DNA of 64,000 nucleotides from Candidatus Omnitrophota bacterium (GTDB lineage: Bacteria; Omnitrophota; Gorgyraeia; 2-01-FULL-45-10), in the NCBI GenBank assembly GCA_026387175.1, contig JAPLME010000004.1:447-64446 (forward strand), in the 5' to 3' direction. Below are positions 58,907 to 64,000 of this stretch, piece by piece (position 1 is the first letter of the stretch; each line of letters begins with the position of its first letter). The notes under the pieces were generated by a model that saw only the letters and a list, made by a program, of their open reading frames with translations, had not been told where the DNA came from and did not search any database. The position numbers were made by a program, and so were the translations under genes.

Positions 58907-60010
58907 ATGAGAAATGTTTTCATCACAGGCGCGACGGGATTTTTGGGTAGCTACTTATTGAAACGTATACTGGATGACGGTGATACGCGGCCGATTGTTC
59001 TGGCGAGGGGCAAAAAGACAGGATCGGCAGCCGAGAGAGTTAAAAATATAGCGAAATATTTTTACGGTGGCAATTACGCTACGGCACTTAAAAGGATCAG
59101 GGTGGTAGAGGGCGAGGTAGATAAAGAATTTCTCGGTATAGATAATGCGATTAGGAAGCCTCTCATTAAAGAGGTAGATGAGATTTATCATTCAGCGGCT
59201 ATAGCCGAGTTTCGCATACCGCTCGATAGGATACGAAGATCAAATGTTATCGGCACTGAAAATGTCCTTAAATTCGCGATGGAATGTAAGGCTTCCGGCC
59301 ATATGAAAAAACTGAATCATATAAGCACAACGTTTGTTGCCGGCAAAAAAAGCGGCGTATTTTATGAAAAGGATCTTGATGTTGGGCAGAAATTCAATAA
59401 TACATACGAGCAGAGTAAATTTGAGGCGGAAATCCTGGTGCATAAGTATATGAAAAAAGGACTTACCGCGGCCATATTCCGGCCCAGCATACTAACCGGC
59501 GATTACGTTGCAGGGAGAACTTCAAATTTTAAAATGCTTTATCAACCTCTGCGGTTCTTTGTTAGAGAGCTTTTTGATGCTATTCCGGCTGATAGATCGA
59601 CGTGTTTTAATATGATACCCGTAGATTTTACGGCGGAAGCTATTTGCGCTATCACCAAAGAGAATGAGTCCATAGGCGGAACGTATCACATAGCGAATAC
59701 GCGTATAATGCCATTGGGCAGCTTTATTGATGTAGCCAGTGATTTCTTTGGTTTTAAAAAGCCGGAATTCGTTCCCTTAAAAGACTTTAGCATGAATACG
59801 CTTACGACAGTTCAGAAAAACCTTATAGAGCCATATATTCCGTATTTTAATTACAAGACTATATTTGATTCAGTAAATACGATGGATATGCTAGAAGAAA
59901 AGGGCTTTCAGTGTCCGATTGTTGATACAGATTTTCTGGTTAAGCTATTTAAGTTTTGCGATGAGACTGGATTTATGAAAAGAAAGAAGCGATATGTTAC
60001 TGCAGGGTAA
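58907..60010 (+). CDS. extended SDR, thioester/fatty-acyl reductase-like (NAD_binding_4)
   Basis: VFITGATGFLG, IYHSAA, NV.GT..V, HIST.FV.G, NTYEQSKFEAE, IFRPSI. Confidence 0.88.
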   Translation: MRNVFITGATGFLGSYLLKRILDDGDTRPIVLARGKKTGSAAERVKNIAKYFYGGNYATALKRIRVVEGEVDKEFLGIDNAIRKPLIKEVDEIYHSAAIAEFRIPLDRIRRSNVIGTENVLKFAMECKASGHMKKLNHISTTFVAGKKSGVFYEKDLDVGQKFNNTYEQSKFEAEILVHKYMKKGLTAAIFRPSILTGDYVAGRTSNFKMLYQPLRFFVRELFDAIPADRSTCFNMIPVDFTAEAICAITKENESIGGTYHIANTRIMPLGSFIDVASDFFGFKKPEFVPLKDFSMNTLTTVQKNLIEPYIPYFNYKTIFDSVNTMDMLEEKGFQCPIVDTDFLVKLFKFCDETGFMKRKKRYVTAG

Positions 60011-60731
60011 AGTCGTAATAGTTACGGGCGGCACCCGCGGTATTGGCAGGGCTACTGTTTTTGAGTTCATCCAAAGTGGGGCCAAAGTGGTTTTTACATA
60101 TTTAAAGAGTGATGAATCAGCCGGAATAATATTGGATGAGATAAAGGAGATGGGTGGTGAGGCTGTGGCATTAAAGGCTGATACTCGCGATTACAAAGAA
60201 GCGAAAAGGGTTATTGAGGAAACAATTAATAAGTTTGGCACGGTCGATATCCTGGTCAACAACGCGGGGATAATTAAAGATAAAGCGCTTATGATGATGG
60301 ATCCTACAGAATGGCAAGAGGTTATCGACACTAATCTTACCGGTTATTTTAATATGGCAAAGGCATGCATCGTCACTATGCTGAAGCAGAAAAGCGGTAA
60401 CATTGTAAACATATCTTCTATCGCCGGTGTTGTGGGCACGCCGCGCCAGGTAAATTATTCGAGTGCTAAGGCCGGTATAATAGGTCTCACGAAGTCACTT
60501 GCAAAGGAAGTGGGCCCGTATAATATCAGGGTAAACGCTGTGGCGCCCGGCTATATCGAGACAGACATGACTAAAGATTTGAAGCAGAAAGAGAATCTTT
60601 TGAAGATGATACCCTCCGCAAGGTTCGGAAGGCCGGAAGATGTCGCAAAAGTTGTTTTATTTTTAGCAAGCAGCAAGGCAGGTTATATAACCGGACAAGT
60701 TATTAAAGTTGATGGCGGTTTAGCAATCTAA
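59994..60731 (+). CDS. fabG: 3-oxoacyl-ACP reductase
   Basis: VTGGTRGIG, LVNNAGI.KD, NYSSAKAG, VNAVAPGYIETDMT, ITGQV..VDGG. Confidence 0.93.
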   Translation: MLLQGKVVIVTGGTRGIGRATVFEFIQSGAKVVFTYLKSDESAGIILDEIKEMGGEAVALKADTRDYKEAKRVIEETINKFGTVDILVNNAGIIKDKALMMMDPTEWQEVIDTNLTGYFNMAKACIVTMLKQKSGNIVNISSIAGVVGTPRQVNYSSAKAGIIGLTKSLAKEVGPYNIRVNAVAPGYIETDMTKDLKQKENLLKMIPSARFGRPEDVAKVVLFLASSKAGYITGQVIKVDGGLAI

Positions 60732-60755
60732 TTTTAAATTAAGGAGACAGTATAA

Positions 60756-61010
60756 ATGGCTATTCAATCCGAAAATATTGAAAAAGAGATGCGCTCGCTT
60801 GTAGCTGAGATACTTGAGATACAAGAAGACAAGATAAAGCCGAGTATGAAATTTGTTGAGGAGCTCGGCATGGACTCTATGATGGCTCTTGAAATTCTTG
60901 CTTCGGCTGAGAAGAAATATAAGATTAAAATACCGGAAGAACATCTTACGAAAGTGACGACGCTTAAGAACCTGATCGAGGTAGTGCAGAATATCATGGA
61001 GAAGAAGTAA
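60756..61010 (+). CDS. acyl carrier protein
   Basis: Acidic 84 aa; ELGMDSM phosphopantetheine site. Confidence 0.92.
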   Translation: MAIQSENIEKEMRSLVAEILEIQEDKIKPSMKFVEELGMDSMMALEILASAEKKYKIKIPEEHLTKVTTLKNLIEVVQNIMEKK

Positions 61011-61015
61011 AACGC

Positions 61016-62227
61016 GTGCACAATAACAGAGTGGTGGTAACAGGTTTAGGGGTTGTAAGTTCTATCGGAATCGGCAAGGATAAATTTTGGAATAATCTAA
61101 TAGCTGGTAAATCGGGGGTAAGCAAGGTAGAGTCTTTTGACACCTCAAAATATGAAAATCATATGGGTGGGGAAATAAAAGATTTTGACCCGAATGATTT
61201 TATTAAAAAAGATAAAATCAAGAGATTGGGACGCGGATCTCAATTTGCTATTGCGGCAACGAAACTAGCCCTTTCTGATTCAGGAGTAGAATTCGAAAAG
61301 ATAGATAAGAATAGAATTGGTGCGATAATTGGCACAACAATGGCAGATTCTCAGAGACTGGAAGAGATGGATAAGACGTGGGTTGAAAGTAGCGAGAAAG
61401 ATGTGGATGCGAAATTGATACCGCAGTATCCCGGAAGCATTATCGCATCGAGCATAGGATTTGAGCTGGGTGTTCAAAATCTTGTATATTCTATACCGAC
61501 TGCCTGCTCAGCAGGTAATTATTGCATAGGGTATTCTTATGATATGATCAGGACAGGGAAAGCAGACTTTATGTTGGCAGGCGGCTCGGATTCTTTTTCA
61601 AGAGTTGCTTTTACTGGATTTAATCGCCTCTTTGCTGTGGCCCCAGAAAAGTGCCAGCCATTTGATAGGAATAGAAAAGGTATGATGGTCGGAGAGGGAT
61701 CCGGAGTTTTAGTTTTAGAATCATTAGATAGTGCGCGGAAAAGAAGAGCAAATATATATGCGGAAGTATTGGGATATGCCTTGAGCTGCGATGCTCATCA
61801 CATGACGGCTCCTTCGGTTGAAGGTATTTCACGTGTTATGAAGAAAGCGATAAAGAATGCGGATATTCATTCAGAAGATGTCGATTATATCTCGGCACAT
61901 GGAACGGGAACGCCGGCGAACGATAAGGCAGAGTGCGCGGCAGTGAAAGAAGTATTTGGCGATGGGTATAAAGAGGTGCCCGTTAGCTCTATTAAATCTA
62001 TGCTTGGCCATACAATGGGCGCCGCAAGCGCTATAGAAGCAATTACATGTTGCCTTGCGATAAAAGAAGGATCTATTCCGCCTACGATAAATTATGAAAC
62101 ATCGGATCCGGAGTGTGATATCGATTGCGTTCCCAACATTGCGAAAAAAAAGACCGTGCGAATCGCGCTGAATAACTCTCTTGCTTTCGGTGGGAACGAT
62201 GCATGCCTTGTACTGGGAAAGCTATAA
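61016..62227 (+). CDS. fabF: catalytic beta-ketoacyl-ACP synthase (FabF/KS-alpha-like)
   Basis: Intact Cys-His-His triad: PTACSAG, AHGTGTPAND, KSMLGH; SLAFGG. Confidence 0.92.
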   Translation: MHNNRVVVTGLGVVSSIGIGKDKFWNNLIAGKSGVSKVESFDTSKYENHMGGEIKDFDPNDFIKKDKIKRLGRGSQFAIAATKLALSDSGVEFEKIDKNRIGAIIGTTMADSQRLEEMDKTWVESSEKDVDAKLIPQYPGSIIASSIGFELGVQNLVYSIPTACSAGNYCIGYSYDMIRTGKADFMLAGGSDSFSRVAFTGFNRLFAVAPEKCQPFDRNRKGMMVGEGSGVLVLESLDSARKRRANIYAEVLGYALSCDAHHMTAPSVEGISRVMKKAIKNADIHSEDVDYISAHGTGTPANDKAECAAVKEVFGDGYKEVPVSSIKSMLGHTMGAASAIEAITCCLAIKEGSIPPTINYETSDPECDIDCVPNIAKKKTVRIALNNSLAFGGNDACLVLGKL

Positions 62228-62230
62228 GAA

Positions 62231-63631
62231 ATGAAAAATAAATACGATGCGATTATAATCGGTGCTGGGATAAGCGGTCTTATTTGTGGAACATATCTTG
62301 CGAAAAATGGCCTAAAGGTGTTAATGCTGGAGAAAAATAAAAATGCTGGAGGTTGTTGTGCATCTTTTTATAGGAAAGGCATAAAATTTGACGCGGGCGC
62401 ACACATTATAGGAGAATGCGGTAAGGGTGGGATGTTGCGCACAATATTAACTTATCTTGGCGTTAATCAAAAATTTTATCAACCAAAATTTACTGATCGC
62501 ATATTTTTTCCAGAGGATATCGTTGAAATACCTAACGATTTAGCTGGGTATGCAGCTTTATTACAGCAAAAATTTAAAAAAGAGCGGAATAATATATCGC
62601 GATTTTTTAATAAATTCATCAGTTGTTCAAATATCGCAAATATAGCGCTGATTCAAAAAAATTATTCCGGCATTACCTACCAAGAATTGTTAAATAAATA
62701 TTTTATAAGTAACAGGTTGAAAGCGATTTTATCGGCTCAAAGCGGCTATTTAGGAGTAGCACCAAATAAAGTCAACGCGGCAGCTATGTGCGCAATGTTG
62801 TCCAGTTATTTGGCAAAGGGAGCATATTATCCGGTCGGGGGGTCTCAATCTTTTGCAGATAATATTATGAAAAGATTTATTTATTATGGTGGAGAGCTAA
62901 AGCTTGCATCACGCGTAAGTAGGATACTGCTAAGTAATGGTGCGGCTGAAGGCGTTGCAGTGAATGAAAAAGAAATCTTTAAAACAAATAAAATAGTCTC
63001 AAGCATAGATTTGCATACTACTTTATTCGAACTCCTAAAAAATGAAAAAATAAAATCTCAAGTTAAGACACGCTTAACTTTATCTAAAGAAACACCGTCA
63101 TTATTTGTTCTGTATTTAGGGGTAGCCGCTGATACAAAGTTAATAGAAAGAAGTGTCGGTTGGCATTACGCGCATTATGAAATAAATAAGTTTGAGTTTG
63201 ATGATTGTGTATATATAACGGCACCTACTTTATATGATAGCTCCTTGTCGCCAAAAGGTATACATGCTGTTCAACTATTTATAAAATCACGTTATGATTT
63301 TAATAGTATGCGGAATTGGCATGCTGCGAAAGACATCTTTATAAAAGAAGCGTTATTAAAACTTGATATGTTAATTCCAGGGGTGAAGGAAAAGATTACA
63401 GTTATTGAAAGCGCTTCTCCGGAAACTATCCGGCGATTTACAAATAATAAAAATGGAGCCGCTTATGGATGGATGCTTACAACGGGGCAATATGAACGAA
63501 ATAAAATAATTGCGCAAAATGTCAATGATGGTTTATTTTTAACAGGGCATTGGACAAACCCTGGCGGGGGTATAGTCGCTGTAGGTATTTCAGGATGCGC
63601 TGCGGCAAAAAAAATATTGAAAAGTTTATGA
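62231..63631 (+). CDS. phytoene-desaturase-like FAD-dependent oxidoreductase
   Basis: IIGAGISGL, EKN..AGG, FDAGAH, YYPVGGSQ, SP.T..RFT.N..GAAYG, GHWT.PGGG. Confidence 0.9.
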   Translation: MKNKYDAIIIGAGISGLICGTYLAKNGLKVLMLEKNKNAGGCCASFYRKGIKFDAGAHIIGECGKGGMLRTILTYLGVNQKFYQPKFTDRIFFPEDIVEIPNDLAGYAALLQQKFKKERNNISRFFNKFISCSNIANIALIQKNYSGITYQELLNKYFISNRLKAILSAQSGYLGVAPNKVNAAAMCAMLSSYLAKGAYYPVGGSQSFADNIMKRFIYYGGELKLASRVSRILLSNGAAEGVAVNEKEIFKTNKIVSSIDLHTTLFELLKNEKIKSQVKTRLTLSKETPSLFVLYLGVAADTKLIERSVGWHYAHYEINKFEFDDCVYITAPTLYDSSLSPKGIHAVQLFIKSRYDFNSMRNWHAAKDIFIKEALLKLDMLIPGVKEKITVIESASPETIRRFTNNKNGAAYGWMLTTGQYERNKIIAQNVNDGLFLTGHWTNPGGGIVAVGISGCAAAKKILKSL

Positions 63632-64000
63632 AAAATTCGATACTTGCAATAATTAAACATCGAAGAACTATCAGGACTTTTAATAATCGAAAAGTTACTA
63701 AAAATGTGCTTAAGAATATTTTAGAAGCTGGCAGATGGGCGCCCTGTCCTAATAATGTGCAACCATGGATTTTTTATGTCACAAAAAGAAATAATTTTTA
63801 TACTCAAAAAATCATAAAAATTATTCAAAAAGAATCAAAAAACGAAAGTATCGGGGTTTCCGTTTTTTTAAATGACTCGATCAAAATTTTTAAATCCGCA
63901 CCAATCATGATTTATATATTTAAAAAATGTATTTTAGCAAAAAGATACGCTGTTTTAGGGCCCTCTTATCAACAAAAAGGGGAGTTGTTTGAGCATCAAG
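63628..64000 (+). CDS. nitroreductase-family flavoprotein (truncated by the window end; not in ORF track)
   Basis: ATGA overlap with the previous gene; MKNSILAIIKHRRTIRTF...ILEAGRWAPCPNNVQPW; frame open to 64000. Confidence 0.88.
   Translation, partial: MKNSILAIIKHRRTIRTFNNRKVTKNVLKNILEAGRWAPCPNNVQPWIFYVTKRNNFYTQKIIKIIQKESKNESIGVSVFLNDSIKIFKSAPIMIYIFKKCILAKRYAVLGPSYQQKGELFEHQ

Overview
A bacterial chromosomal window with genes almost entirely on the + strand. The 23S 5' end and gene repertoire suggest the PVC superphylum, possibly Ca. Omnitrophota; this is inference and was not searched. It opens with the 3' part of an rRNA operon (tRNA-Ile, tRNA-Ala, 23S, 5S), followed by a patch of small proteins (3.6-7.2 kb). 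Next come EF-G2, yebC-ruvCAB-queH-spoIID and a TIGR03960 radical SAM gene. A 13-kb type IVa pilus locus follows (degenerate GGDEF, pilT, stand-alone MshEN protein, two tandem pilB, pilC, pilin, an unannotated micro-pilin, pilMNOPQ). Housekeeping genes continue: rng-rplU-rpmA-obgE-proBA-nadD-rsfS-argS, a half-size mfd, surA-pdxA-rsmA, gatCAB, ctpA, tsaD, mgtC and larBC. The window ends in an AT-richer block: a FadL-type porin, two small genes, then a type II FAS/PKS-like cluster (FabZ, non-catalytic KS, thioester reductase, FabG, ACP, catalytic KS, phytoene-desaturase-like flavoprotein, nitroreductase) that runs off the end. Best candidates for novelty are this KS/CLF lipid cluster, a covarying tandem hairpin element before nadD, the micro-pilin and c-di-GMP pilus module, the minimal Mfd, the jointly altered L27/ObgE, and several unannotated microproteins. 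No CRISPR array or transposase was seen. All family calls come from motif recognition, not database searches.
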